Shown: in pieces, positions 27,785 through 36,830 of the stretch
How the letters are laid out: every line of letters begins with the position of its first letter
Position numbering within the stretch: position 1 is the first letter of the stretch
Origin: Flavihumibacter sp.
GTDB taxonomy: Bacteria; Bacteroidota; Bacteroidia; Chitinophagales; Chitinophagaceae
Direction of reading: 5' to 3'
NCBI GenBank assembly: GCA_036562745.1
Contig: DATCJQ010000472.1
Coordinates: 1 to 41,395 of the forward strand
DNA: 41,395 bases
Program-made: the position numbers and the translations under genes
The notes under the pieces: generated by a model
Databases searched by the model: none
Told to the model about the DNA's origin: nothing
The model's input: the letters and a program-made list of their open reading frames with translations, nothing else

Positions 27785-29707
27785 TTATATTTTTGAAATG
27801 CTGATAGATTCTTTGTATTGTGGAAACAGGTGCTCGAGCACTTCGTTCCATTCCTTAAACTGATCGGGATTCAGCAACAGGTGGTCATTGTGGAATTCCT
27901 GGGTCAGGATAACCTGGTTCCCCTTCTGTTCATATTCCATCACAAATCCCCATACATTGTTTTTATACGATTTCCCTTTAGGCAGAAAGGTTACTTTGTA
28001 ACCATCCGGGATAGTCAGAACCGTTACATAACGTTTTATGAAGCGGTAACTAAATTCGACGGGAATTTTGCGTTTGGGATAATCGATCTCCTGATGTTCA
28101 TAAAACTTGAGCAGATTCAGATTGATATACCATTCATCGCCCAACTTACGCGCATAGTTCTGGAGTTCAAAATTCGCAGAGAGTGTAACCTGTTCCCTGC
28201 CCTGCTTTTCGGCAATATTGTATTGCGAAATATGAAACTTATTGGAGCCCCGTTTGAAACGATTCTTCAGATAATCTTCCTTCTCCTTTTCGCTGTAGTA
28301 ATTCAGGACATCGCGGGTATTGATCGAAAAATATCCGCTCATATGCTGGGTAATGGTTCCTGTGACTCCTTCATCAGTAAACTGTAGAAAACAGGAATCG
28401 ACAAGCATGTTGACTGTTTTGGGAGGTGTGGGAACAGTAACAATTTTATATTGCCCGGGACCCATGGCAATCATCGCCTCCTTGCCCTGAATATGAGAGG
28501 ATGGCAGTCCGAACAGGCAGGTAGCATCCGTACCATCGAGGAATATAAATTCGTCCTTTTTTAGCTCGATGGCGCATATCATATGGTTCGCCACAATCGG
28601 CAGCGGCGTTTCACTGTAGGCATAGGGCAGCGAACGCGTGCCAATCCAGGTATAATAAGCGGGCACACCGGCAGCGTTCAACATAACCGTAAGAATACTA
28701 CTCATATCCTTGCAATCGCCATATCGGCGGGAGCAAACAAGATTGGCGTCACGGGGAATAAAACCCTCCATGCCATCCTCAAAAGCAATGTATTTAATCT
28801 TTTCCTGCACCCATTGATAGATCCTTCGCGCTTTATCCTCCTGAGCAGTCAACCCGTCCGTGAGCGAATCCACAATTCTCTTCAGCTCAGGCCCCATCTC
28901 CTTATTGATATTCTTAATAAAACTGTAATTGAGTTGATAGAGCGCATCGGCATCGGCCAGATAGGTTATTTCTTTTCCCTCGGAATTCGTGTATTTCTCA
29001 ATATAAAAAAGTACATGGGGTGAATAATAGGAATTACCGGGAGCATCCGGATAATACTGCACCGGTTCCAAGTCCTTCACCCTGAATTTATAGACAATCT
29101 CATTGCCTTTTTTGGTTTCAGTGAACTGAATTTTGTCTGTTTCGAGTCCCCTCAACTGGTATTTAACTGAAATCCCTTTCGGGAAGCTGATGGTCATTTC
29201 ATTGTTAACAACAGGAATACGGCGACCGAAATAATGTGGCGGCAACAGAAATCCCTTTTTATGAATGATCTTCTGGTTCAGCACACCAATGGCACCGGCT
29301 GCAACGGCCGGAAAATCGAATTTTGTTTCCTTTACATCATCATAAAACACGCTGCCAGAGCGCAGGTCGGCGGTTTTAAAATTGGCAACCTTTATCTTTT
29401 TATTGTCTGGTGTTTGCGTGTAAGCATCGTATTCCACCACCTCATGAAAACTGCTTTGTGTAAAACTGTAGCGACTCATATAAGTGGCGGCAGTTGTTGT
29501 CAGGTACATGAGCTGCTCGTTCTCGCGACTCTCTACATAGGGCTCGTTATCGCGGATGGAAATCCGATAATGCGCGGAAGCGTTGAGCAGAACCACATCC
29601 TGCCCGGGGTAGCGCTTTTTCAACTCCTCCAGCTTCTGAGCCTGTAATACTACCGGAAGGGCGAAGAAAACAACCAATGACAATATGGAAAATCTTATCC
29701 TTTTCAT
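27785..29707 (-). CDS. DUF3857 + transglutaminase-like domain protein with intact Cys-His-Asp triad
   Basis: Signal peptide; WVQEKIKYIAFEDG, YGDCKD, ANHMI and FLDGT motifs. Confidence 0.9.
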   Translation of the reverse strand: MKRIRFSILSLVVFFALPVVLQAQKLEELKKRYPGQDVVLLNASAHYRISIRDNEPYVESRENEQLMYLTTTAATYMSRYSFTQSSFHEVVEYDAYTQTPDNKKIKVANFKTADLRSGSVFYDDVKETKFDFPAVAAGAIGVLNQKIIHKKGFLLPPHYFGRRIPVVNNEMTISFPKGISVKYQLRGLETDKIQFTETKKGNEIVYKFRVKDLEPVQYYPDAPGNSYYSPHVLFYIEKYTNSEGKEITYLADADALYQLNYSFIKNINKEMGPELKRIVDSLTDGLTAQEDKARRIYQWVQEKIKYIAFEDGMEGFIPRDANLVCSRRYGDCKDMSSILTVMLNAAGVPAYYTWIGTRSLPYAYSETPLPIVANHMICAIELKKDEFIFLDGTDATCLFGLPSSHIQGKEAMIAMGPGQYKIVTVPTPPKTVNMLVDSCFLQFTDEGVTGTITQHMSGYFSINTRDVLNYYSEKEKEDYLKNRFKRGSNKFHISQYNIAEKQGREQVTLSANFELQNYARKLGDEWYINLNLLKFYEHQEIDYPKRKIPVEFSYRFIKRYVTVLTIPDGYKVTFLPKGKSYKNNVWGFVMEYEQKGNQVILTQEFHNDHLLLNPDQFKEWNEVLEHLFPQYKESISISKI

Positions 29708-32700
29708 TTTACATCCAGCAATAGTCCGTAGTAATAATACCGGGTCTGTTTCAGTTTACCGTTGTCGTCATAGTAGCGATGTTCGCCATGCCGTCTGTCG
29801 TCATAATAATTGCCTTCCTCAATAAGGATCCCTTTTGAATTGAACTCCTTATAAAGCCCATGTCTGTTATCATTCTCGTATTGGCAGGTGCTGCGGATTT
29901 TTCCATCGGCATAAAATTCAATGGATTCACCATGGGTTTCATCATACACCTGTTTGTTTTTAGCTGCAATTTTACCATTGGGATGATAACGGATCACCTC
30001 ACCATGCTGCAGGCCATCCACAAAATCTATTACGGCCGACGGCGTTCCGTTCGGATAGAAGGCTTTTAATTTACCATTACCCTGAATCAGCGGAATTTCC
30101 GGTACCAGCTCGCCTTTGCTGTTCAGATAGCTGTATCCAACTTCCAGTCCCTCGTCATAGCGAATCTGATACATAAGGGTGCCGTCCTCAGCATAACGCT
30201 TGTAAAGACCATGCCGCTCGTCGTTATGGAATTCAATTTCGGTATCAATTTTACCATTGGGATAATAGAAGGTAATCTTTCCGTCCACTTTACCGGCCTT
30301 GTATTCTTCCGTAATATGCAGCTCACCTTTGTCTGAATAGTGTTTCCAGGTTCCCTCTTTTTCATCCATGCGATACTGGCCTTCCATCTGAAGTTTACCG
30401 CCATAGCTATATACCTTATATTCTCCGTCAAGTAGTCCGTGCACAAAGTTTTGCACCACGTTTAAGGAACCATCGAAGAAATAGAATTTCCTGGGACCCT
30501 CGATATCATAGTTCTTGTAGGTACACTCGGAGTACAATTTACCGGTTGGATAAACCGATTTGAATTGACCCGTACCAGCTTTCAACTGAACCTGATGGAT
30601 CAGTTTGCCGGTGGTGTCGTATTCCCAGAGGGCAACGGGATTGTCTGCCTGGAACTGGGTAACCGTATGTGCGATGCCGTTTGGCCAGTATTCTGACCGG
30701 AGGCCGTGACGCAAATCATTCAGGTAGCTGGTTTTCATACTCAACTTACCCTGTTTGTCGTATTGCAACCATTCGCCCTGGATCTTATCTTCCTCGTACC
30801 AGCCTTCAACCTGGAGGGATCCGTTAGGATACCACGACTGATAATAGCCGGACCGCCCGCCCTTATCAAAATCGATCGTGTAATTCTTCTTTCCATTGGG
30901 ATAAGTGGCCGTAGTATTGCCCTGCAATTCTCCCTTGGAATATGTTTCCCGAATCCTTTCCTTTCCCGATCCGAAATAATAGATCCGCACACCATCCACC
31001 TCGCCGGCTGCATCATAGGGAACAATATTTCGTTTTGTTCCCTGGGGCGTATAACCCACCAGATCGAGTCGTCCGTTCCTGGTCTCAGAACTGCTGATCT
31101 GTTTGCCATTCTTATCGAAATACCGACCTGCTTTTATTATATCGTTTTCAAAAACCAGTGTCGAGAAAAGCTTCCCATCTGTATCATAATAATTTACTTC
31201 ACCCGTAGTTGTTCCTTTCGTATTGTTATAGCGGAATGCCTCTTTTCCATTTTCATGATACTGGATATATTCTCCTTCCAGTACCCCTTTGTCATAGGTT
31301 TCGACGGAACGAATTTGTCCATTAAGATGGTAACGTCTCAGTACACCATGTAACTTTCCTTGTGTGTATTGACCCTCTGCCTGTAATACACCCCAGCTGT
31401 TCCATGTCTTAAATGGGCCCTCGAGCTCGTCATTCGCAAAAACTCCTTCCGTCTCGATCTGACCGTTTTTATAATAGGTTTTAGTGGGGCCATGACGCTT
31501 TCCATTCACCCAGGACTCTTCCAGTTCAAGAGCGCCATTCTTATAAAAGGTTTTCTTAACTCCATGGAGCTTGCCCTGTGAATAGGGTTCAATGGATCGG
31601 GTTACACCGTTGTAGTAGTAACTGGTCATCTCGCCATCGGCTTCGTCTTCCTTCATGAAAACAACCGATTCCGGAGATCCGTTATCATAAAAATAGGATT
31701 GCTTTCCATGCTGTTTGCCGTTTTGATAAACTTCGGTTGCTTTAAGTTTACCGTTGAAGTAGTAGAAGGTAAAGGTTCCGTGTTTTTCACCTTTCTGATT
31801 GAAAACACCTTCTGCTTTTTTATTGCCGAAACTGTAAAGAAACAAAAACGGACCGTTGAACTGGTTTTCATTAAGCGTTCCCTTTCCAAGCAACCCTTCT
31901 TCGGAATGAATGAATCGGGGACCATGCAGGCTGCGCCTGGTGAACTGTAGTTCCCGCGTAGCCCGGATCGTGTGAAAATAGTCGACAATATTCGCCTTGA
32001 GGCCATCTATGTCTTTTTTCTTCTTTTTGTTGAAATTTTGGATAGCTGGAATATTTACACCAGAAAATACATAATTGACAAAGTATTCAAATTTTTTGTC
32101 GTCATATATTTTTTTGAAGACGGGCACATGGTATTGCATATAGAAATCCTGGTCACTCTCATCATACCTGAGTTTCTCAAAAACCACCTGCATCTGACGA
32201 GAAATATTATCATCCAACTCAATGATAATTTTGTATTTCTTATCCAACGCAATTTTAGAAAGCACGATCTGCTCAATGGTGCCAAAATTTTCCGAGGGAT
32301 CTTCGGTTCGGTTATTCACGAGTTCTACAATTTCATCGCTGCTTCTACAGATTTCATTTAACAGGGTGATGATGTTCGCGAAATTTGCATTTTCCGGTTC
32401 AACCGCCAGACTTGTAAGCAGCGCCAGAATGCTGGGAACCACTTTTCCCTGATTTAGTGCACTGATAGCCATTTTAAAATGCACACTGGCTGAATAGGGA
32501 TCGATCAGGGCGGCCTGCTGCAATACTTTTTCCGCGTCCTTATAACGCTTCATGCGGATAAGGGTAGTGGCCTTATTGATGTAAAGACTGATAGTGGCAG
32601 AGTAAACCTGTATAGCTGAATCCAGAACCCTCAGTGACTCTTCCTTCTGGTCGTTGTAGTCGAGCAAGGCACCGTAAAGTACCAGCAGGTCCGGCATCAG

Positions 32701-32991
32701 TTCAGGTCTGGAATCATCGGCCAGGGCTTTCTGGCACAAACTGATCCCCCTGGCATACTGACTATCGGCCGAGCAAACCAGCGCCGATTCATAAAGAGCC
32801 ATGATATAATTGGTATCACCCACCGGCACTTTTTCAAATTCGCTAAGTGCTTCCTTGTATTTCCCCTCATCGTACAAACGTGTACCTGTTTCGATCAATT
32901 GGCGCGAATCAATGCGCTGGGCATTTTGCTGGGCTTGAGATTGTAAAAAACACGTACATAGTACGATGGATAAGGTTAAACGAAGCAACAT
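29704..32991 (-). CDS. Secreted TPR + MORN-variant (YwqK-like) repeat protein
   Basis: Signal peptide; N-terminal TPR-like helices; roughly 30 YYxNGK-type repeats counted by eye. Stop overlaps the next start (ATGA). Confidence 0.88.
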   Translation of the reverse strand: MLLRLTLSIVLCTCFLQSQAQQNAQRIDSRQLIETGTRLYDEGKYKEALSEFEKVPVGDTNYIMALYESALVCSADSQYARGISLCQKALADDSRPELMPDLLVLYGALLDYNDQKEESLRVLDSAIQVYSATISLYINKATTLIRMKRYKDAEKVLQQAALIDPYSASVHFKMAISALNQGKVVPSILALLTSLAVEPENANFANIITLLNEICRSSDEIVELVNNRTEDPSENFGTIEQIVLSKIALDKKYKIIIELDDNISRQMQVVFEKLRYDESDQDFYMQYHVPVFKKIYDDKKFEYFVNYVFSGVNIPAIQNFNKKKKKDIDGLKANIVDYFHTIRATRELQFTRRSLHGPRFIHSEEGLLGKGTLNENQFNGPFLFLYSFGNKKAEGVFNQKGEKHGTFTFYYFNGKLKATEVYQNGKQHGKQSYFYDNGSPESVVFMKEDEADGEMTSYYYNGVTRSIEPYSQGKLHGVKKTFYKNGALELEESWVNGKRHGPTKTYYKNGQIETEGVFANDELEGPFKTWNSWGVLQAEGQYTQGKLHGVLRRYHLNGQIRSVETYDKGVLEGEYIQYHENGKEAFRYNNTKGTTTGEVNYYDTDGKLFSTLVFENDIIKAGRYFDKNGKQISSSETRNGRLDLVGYTPQGTKRNIVPYDAAGEVDGVRIYYFGSGKERIRETYSKGELQGNTTATYPNGKKNYTIDFDKGGRSGYYQSWYPNGSLQVEGWYEEDKIQGEWLQYDKQGKLSMKTSYLNDLRHGLRSEYWPNGIAHTVTQFQADNPVALWEYDTTGKLIHQVQLKAGTGQFKSVYPTGKLYSECTYKNYDIEGPRKFYFFDGSLNVVQNFVHGLLDGEYKVYSYGGKLQMEGQYRMDEKEGTWKHYSDKGELHITEEYKAGKVDGKITFYYPNGKIDTEIEFHNDERHGLYKRYAEDGTLMYQIRYDEGLEVGYSYLNSKGELVPEIPLIQGNGKLKAFYPNGTPSAVIDFVDGLQHGEVIRYHPNGKIAAKNKQVYDETHGESIEFYADGKIRSTCQYENDNRHGLYKEFNSKGILIEEGNYYDDRRHGEHRYYDDNGKLKQTRYYYYGLLLDVK

Positions 32992-33235
32992 TATTACTAC
33001 GGTATTTTAGGTGACGATAAACGGTAATTCTACCAAAACGAAAATTCAATATAAATATTATTTTAATGAATTCCCGACAAAGGAATCGGGAACTTAACGA
33101 ATAGGCATTTCCGTTGTGGTATCCCTTATGCTTCTAGAACAGGAAGGTGTTAACTCCGTATGCCGTTTGAGCCGAATACAGAAATTATATAAATCTATCC
33201 CTCCATTTTATAACAACCGGCCCTCCTCCCCGTAC

Positions 33236-33243
33236 TAGTTTTG
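33236..33243 (+). promoter_or_regulatory. -7 promoter element for the Cys-rich peptide
   Basis: TAGTTTTG, 24 nt upstream of ATG 33268. Confidence 0.6.
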
Positions 33244-33267
33244 TGTTATTAAATTAATCATCAAAAA

Positions 33268-33387
33268 ATGTCAACAATGGAAACTTCAATTAAATCTTGC
33301 GGATGCGCTACTGCTAATCATTCGACCAGTTGTGCTTGCGGTGATAACTGTGTGGGTGCCGGATGCACCTGCGGTTGCAACTGCTAA
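33268..33387 (+). CDS. Metallothionein-like Cys-rich peptide (39 aa)
   Basis: Not in ORF track. MSTMETSIKSCGCATANHSTSCACGDNCVGAGCTCGCNC*: 9 Cys mostly in CxC motifs, 1 His, no aromatic residues; A-rich start context ATCATCAAAAAATG; promoter before and hairpin after. Confidence 0.8.
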   Translation: MSTMETSIKSCGCATANHSTSCACGDNCVGAGCTCGCNC

Positions 33388-33392
33388 TCATT

Positions 33393-33422
33393 ATGGGGGG
33401 ATTTTCTTCTCCCCCATTTTTT
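33393..33422 (+). terminator. Intrinsic terminator after the Cys-rich peptide
   Basis: ATGGGGGG / TCCCCCAT 8-bp stem with one G-U pair, followed by a T-run. Confidence 0.65.
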
Positions 33423-33434
33423 CTCCCCCATTTT
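33407..33434 (+). repeat. Perfect tandem 14-bp duplication
   Basis: TTCTCCCCCATTTT at 33407-33420 and again at 33421-33434. Confidence 0.95.
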
Positions 33435-33460
33435 CTGCTCCAACTACCCAACCAATAATC

Positions 33461-34201
33461 ATGTCACTTTATACTTTCAGACATAGAGACCATAGTTCCG
33501 ACTTACGGAAAGATCAAACTCAATTCTGCAATCATCCGGATCAGATGGCTGATATCAAGGTTCCGGCGGGATTGGAAATCCGCGAATCTGCTGATATCGA
33601 ACTCCTGGCCAGACTCGGCGAGGTTTCCAAGGAGGAAGTGATGCGCCGCCTGGTGAACGATCATCTTGCATTTGTTGCTTTTCTGAATGGAGTACCAGCT
33701 GCTTTTGGCTGGATGGCACGGGGTAAGGCCAGCATTGGAGAACTGAATCACACGATGATATTACCAATTGGACATCGCTATTTGTGGAATTTCAGAACCA
33801 TTGCGGAGTTTCGTGGGCAGGGTATCTATCCCGCTCTGCTGCAATATATTCTGCGTTATGAAGGCACGAAAGCCAGGCAGTTCTGGATCATCCATGCGCC
33901 CGAGAATCAATCTTCACTGAGAGGCATCATCAAAGCCGGATTTCACTACGTTGGCAAATTATACACCGACCATAATGGTGAAGCCGTATTGGAAGCCACC
34001 GATGAAGCTCATAGGCATCGTTCTGCCATTGAGTACATGGATATCCGTTTATCCGATGACGATGCCGCTTCCTGCTGGAATTGTACCAGTCCCTACCTGA
34101 AAAAAAGAAAAGCGGAATGTTGCTGCGACGCTAAGGGGAATGAGTGTTCAGGAACAATCTATCTGCCGGAATCAATGGCTTTTCCAGTGCAGGCCCTTTA
34201 A
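33461..34201 (+). CDS. GNAT family N-acetyltransferase with Cys-rich C-terminal tail
   Basis: Acetyl-CoA motif FRGQGIY and ENQSSLRGIIKAGF; tail CWNCTSPYLKKRKAECCCDAKGNEC. Start set at ATG 33461. Confidence 0.85.
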   Translation: MSLYTFRHRDHSSDLRKDQTQFCNHPDQMADIKVPAGLEIRESADIELLARLGEVSKEEVMRRLVNDHLAFVAFLNGVPAAFGWMARGKASIGELNHTMILPIGHRYLWNFRTIAEFRGQGIYPALLQYILRYEGTKARQFWIIHAPENQSSLRGIIKAGFHYVGKLYTDHNGEAVLEATDEAHRHRSAIEYMDIRLSDDDAASCWNCTSPYLKKRKAECCCDAKGNECSGTIYLPESMAFPVQAL

Positions 34202-34248
34202 AGTATGCACCGAGCCGGTGAGATCACTGTGAGTAAACGCATTTCAAG

Positions 34249-34276
34249 AAAAAAGCAGGACCTACGATCCTGCTTT
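34249..34276 (-). terminator. Intrinsic, possibly bidirectional, terminator between convergent genes
   Basis: AAAGCAGGA-CCTACGA-TCCTGCTTT with an A-run on the left side. Confidence 0.7.
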
Positions 34277-34307
34277 ACACAACTACCAAATAGAGCCTTG
34301 CAATAAT

Positions 34308-35972
34308 TTATTTAAGGAATAATTTATCCGCGGGGATAACCTGTTTTGCGATACCGGGACCCCTGTAATAAGCATCGAGCCAATACCCTTCACTGCCATT
34401 GAACCAGTCGATCCGGATCAGGTGTTTGCCTTTGGTGAGTTTGATCTTTCCGCTTCTTTCCTGAATGCTGTGATCACCACCATTGTCCACCACCAGTTTG
34501 CCATCGATATACAGCTTGCTGCCATCATCGGACCGCAGGTAGAAATAGTATTCTCCATCTTGGGCAATATCCAGCAAACTTTCGGCCTGAAGACCGAAGG
34601 GTTGTTTGCCGCTGATCTGATCCTGTGTGAGTTTTGAGTTATCCACTTCGAATTCGTATCCGTTGTATTCCTTAACCGGCTTCAGGGCTGCGAAATTGGG
34701 AACGTCTTTCCAGCCATTGCCCTGATACAGTTTAAACTTCACACCATTACCCTGGCCGCTTTTAATTATGCGGATGAATGAGCTGGCGATTTTTCCTTCA
34801 ACCCCGTCTTCGATCACGCGGGCCTTTACCACACAGCTCTTGTCCACGGTAAAGGGACCTGTATATTGGGTGCTGGATGAATTCGGATCCGTACCATCGG
34901 TGGTGTAATAAATATGCTGGCTTTCGTTCTCGTCGGCATCCGCAATGCTAATTTGGGCTACGGTGTCGATAAACAATCCACCGGGAGGCTGAAGACCAAA
35001 AGTCTTGGGATAGATAGTGGGCGGCAGCGCTCTTTTAACCCCTTTCCAGTTAACGGCGGGTTCATCGAAGCCTTCGAATGCAGCTTTCACCGGTCGGCCG
35101 ATCCACTCGTAGGGCTGTTTCAGTCCCAGTGCAAAAGCGATGGTTGCAGCGGCATCATATTGATAAATCTGTTGCTGGATCTTGTATCCTTTTTTCACCC
35201 CGGCGCCATAGAAAATCATCGGAACAGTGAGTTCTTCGATATCCTCTCCGCCATGGCTGGTACCGATACCGCCGTGGTCGGCCACGATCATCAGGAGGGT
35301 GTTTTTCTCCATGCCGGCTTCCCTGATAGCGTTAAATACCACGCGGATACAGGAATCTACTTTGCGGATGGCTGCGAAATATTCGGGAGAACCATGACCA
35401 TCTTCGTGTCCTGCATGATCCACGCCGTCGAAATGCACCCATGATAAAACCGGTTTTTTCTCTTTGATATATTGGGCGAAAGCCTCCACCGTTTCATCCT
35501 GTGTTTTATAGCTTTTGCTCAGGTTAACGTCGTTGGAGTCAAAAAGACGACCGAATCCGCCCCAGTTATAGATGGAGCCTGCTTCGTCATTGGGACGTTG
35601 CTCTCTGAAAATCGTAAAGATGGTCGGGAAACGGTAGTTGGCATCAGAAGCCACAGGCTCGATGCGGAAATTTTCGAGTTCCCAATCGTTGCCGGTAATA
35701 CCGTGTTGTTCGGGACCGGCACCCATGAGAAGAGAAGCCCAGTTGGGACTACTAACTGTGGGCAACACCGTACGAACGGATACGGAAGAAGCACCAACGG
35801 TTCTGAGACTGTCCATCAGCGGAGCTTTGGCTTTTCTCAGTCCGGATGCGCTGAATCCGTCAACGCCAATAACTACTACATTTTTGATTTCACTGGGGGC
35901 CTGCTCCTGTTGCCGGCAGGCGGTTAATGAGATTAGGGCAAGCGAGCCGAAATATAGAAATATCCTCTTCAT
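34308..35972 (-). CDS. Alkaline phosphatase/nucleotide pyrophosphatase family lipoprotein with chitobiase/FN3-like and PA14 domains
   Basis: Lipobox LTAC; GVDG, PTVSSPNW, DGVDHAGH and ADHGG; IYYTTDGTDP; SDDGSKLYIDG (PA14). Start set at ATG 35972. Confidence 0.88.
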   Translation of the reverse strand: MKRIFLYFGSLALISLTACRQQEQAPSEIKNVVVIGVDGFSASGLRKAKAPLMDSLRTVGASSVSVRTVLPTVSSPNWASLLMGAGPEQHGITGNDWELENFRIEPVASDANYRFPTIFTIFREQRPNDEAGSIYNWGGFGRLFDSNDVNLSKSYKTQDETVEAFAQYIKEKKPVLSWVHFDGVDHAGHEDGHGSPEYFAAIRKVDSCIRVVFNAIREAGMEKNTLLMIVADHGGIGTSHGGEDIEELTVPMIFYGAGVKKGYKIQQQIYQYDAAATIAFALGLKQPYEWIGRPVKAAFEGFDEPAVNWKGVKRALPPTIYPKTFGLQPPGGLFIDTVAQISIADADENESQHIYYTTDGTDPNSSSTQYTGPFTVDKSCVVKARVIEDGVEGKIASSFIRIIKSGQGNGVKFKLYQGNGWKDVPNFAALKPVKEYNGYEFEVDNSKLTQDQISGKQPFGLQAESLLDIAQDGEYYFYLRSDDGSKLYIDGKLVVDNGGDHSIQERSGKIKLTKGKHLIRIDWFNGSEGYWLDAYYRGPGIAKQVIPADKLFLK

Positions 35973-36148
35973 AACCAAATCTATCCAGAAAGAGTCAGAT
36001 AAAACTGACGCAACTCGCATTCCATTTTTCATTTTACGCAAAATGAAAACTCAATTTTATAACAGGCATGGATAGGCGATTCTAAACCATGAATTCCCCA
36101 ACTCCTGCCCCTGTTTTTCGGTACCCGTATTAAAATTTCCGGGAAAAT

Positions 36149-36193
36149 TTTGCGAAACCAAATGGTTGCTTATATTTGCAACCGTTTAGTTTC
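36149..36193 (+). promoter_or_regulatory. Promoter flanked by two ArsR/SdpR-type operator boxes
   Basis: TTTG (36149) and TATATTTG (36171); boxes GAAACCAAATGGTTGC (36154-36169) and GCAACCGTTTAGTTTC (36178-36193). Confidence 0.7.
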
Positions 36194-36211
36194 ACTTTTA
36201 AAACCATCCTG

Positions 36212-36778
36212 ATGAGAAAATTAAAACTACAGGTACAAATTTCCGTCGACGGATATATAGCGGGGCCCAATGGCGAACTGGACTGGGTAACCTATAACTG
36301 GTCGGACGATATCAAAAACTATGTCGATACCATTACCAAACCCGTGGACACCATTCTGCTCGGAAAGAACCTGGCAGCGGGATTTATCCCCTATTGGGCG
36401 GGAGTTGCCAAAGACCGCAGCAATCCGGAGCAGGAAGCCGGAATTTTCTACACCCAAACGCCGAAAATAGTGTTCAGCAAATCTCTTACTAAATCGGAGT
36501 GGGAGCATACAGAAATCGAATCTGGTAATTATGTTGAGCGGATACTTGCATTAAAAAATCAGCCCAAAGGCGATCTTATTGCCTACGGTGGCGGCAAATT
36601 TGTATCTTCTCTAATCAAAGAAAAGCTGGTCGACGAATTACATCTGTTTATTAATCCGGCTATCCTCGGAAAAGGCATGCCGATTTTCCAGGATATAGCA
36701 ACAACACAGCATCTGGGTTTTGTATCCTCGCAACAGTTTCAGTGTGGAATTATTGTAACGGTATACAAACCTCTTTAA
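36212..36778 (+). CDS. Dihydrofolate reductase family (RibD C-terminal-like) protein
   Basis: MRKLKLQVQISVDGYIAGPNGELDW, YGGG and LVDELHLFINPAILGKG motifs. Start set at ATG 36212. Confidence 0.9.
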   Translation: MRKLKLQVQISVDGYIAGPNGELDWVTYNWSDDIKNYVDTITKPVDTILLGKNLAAGFIPYWAGVAKDRSNPEQEAGIFYTQTPKIVFSKSLTKSEWEHTEIESGNYVERILALKNQPKGDLIAYGGGKFVSSLIKEKLVDELHLFINPAILGKGMPIFQDIATTQHLGFVSSQQFQCGIIVTVYKPL

Positions 36779-36830
36779 GTCCGAATATCCCGAAAACAGG
36801 AAACAATCAACCATAAGTCTTTACAGAACC

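Noticed and set aside
29704-32991. YwqK-like repeats as a toxin-antitoxin or immunity locus
   Set aside because: No toxin, Rhs or secretion gene nearby; the repeat is a generic MORN variant.
33310-33392. 13-bp direct repeat ACTGCTAATCATT, 70 bp apart
   Set aside because: Only two copies, read in different frames, with no spacer array or mobile element; no function supportable.
33332-33460. N-terminal extension of the GNAT ORF given in the track (33332 start)
   Set aside because: It overlaps the Cys-rich peptide in another frame and runs through the terminator; ATG 33461 has a better context.
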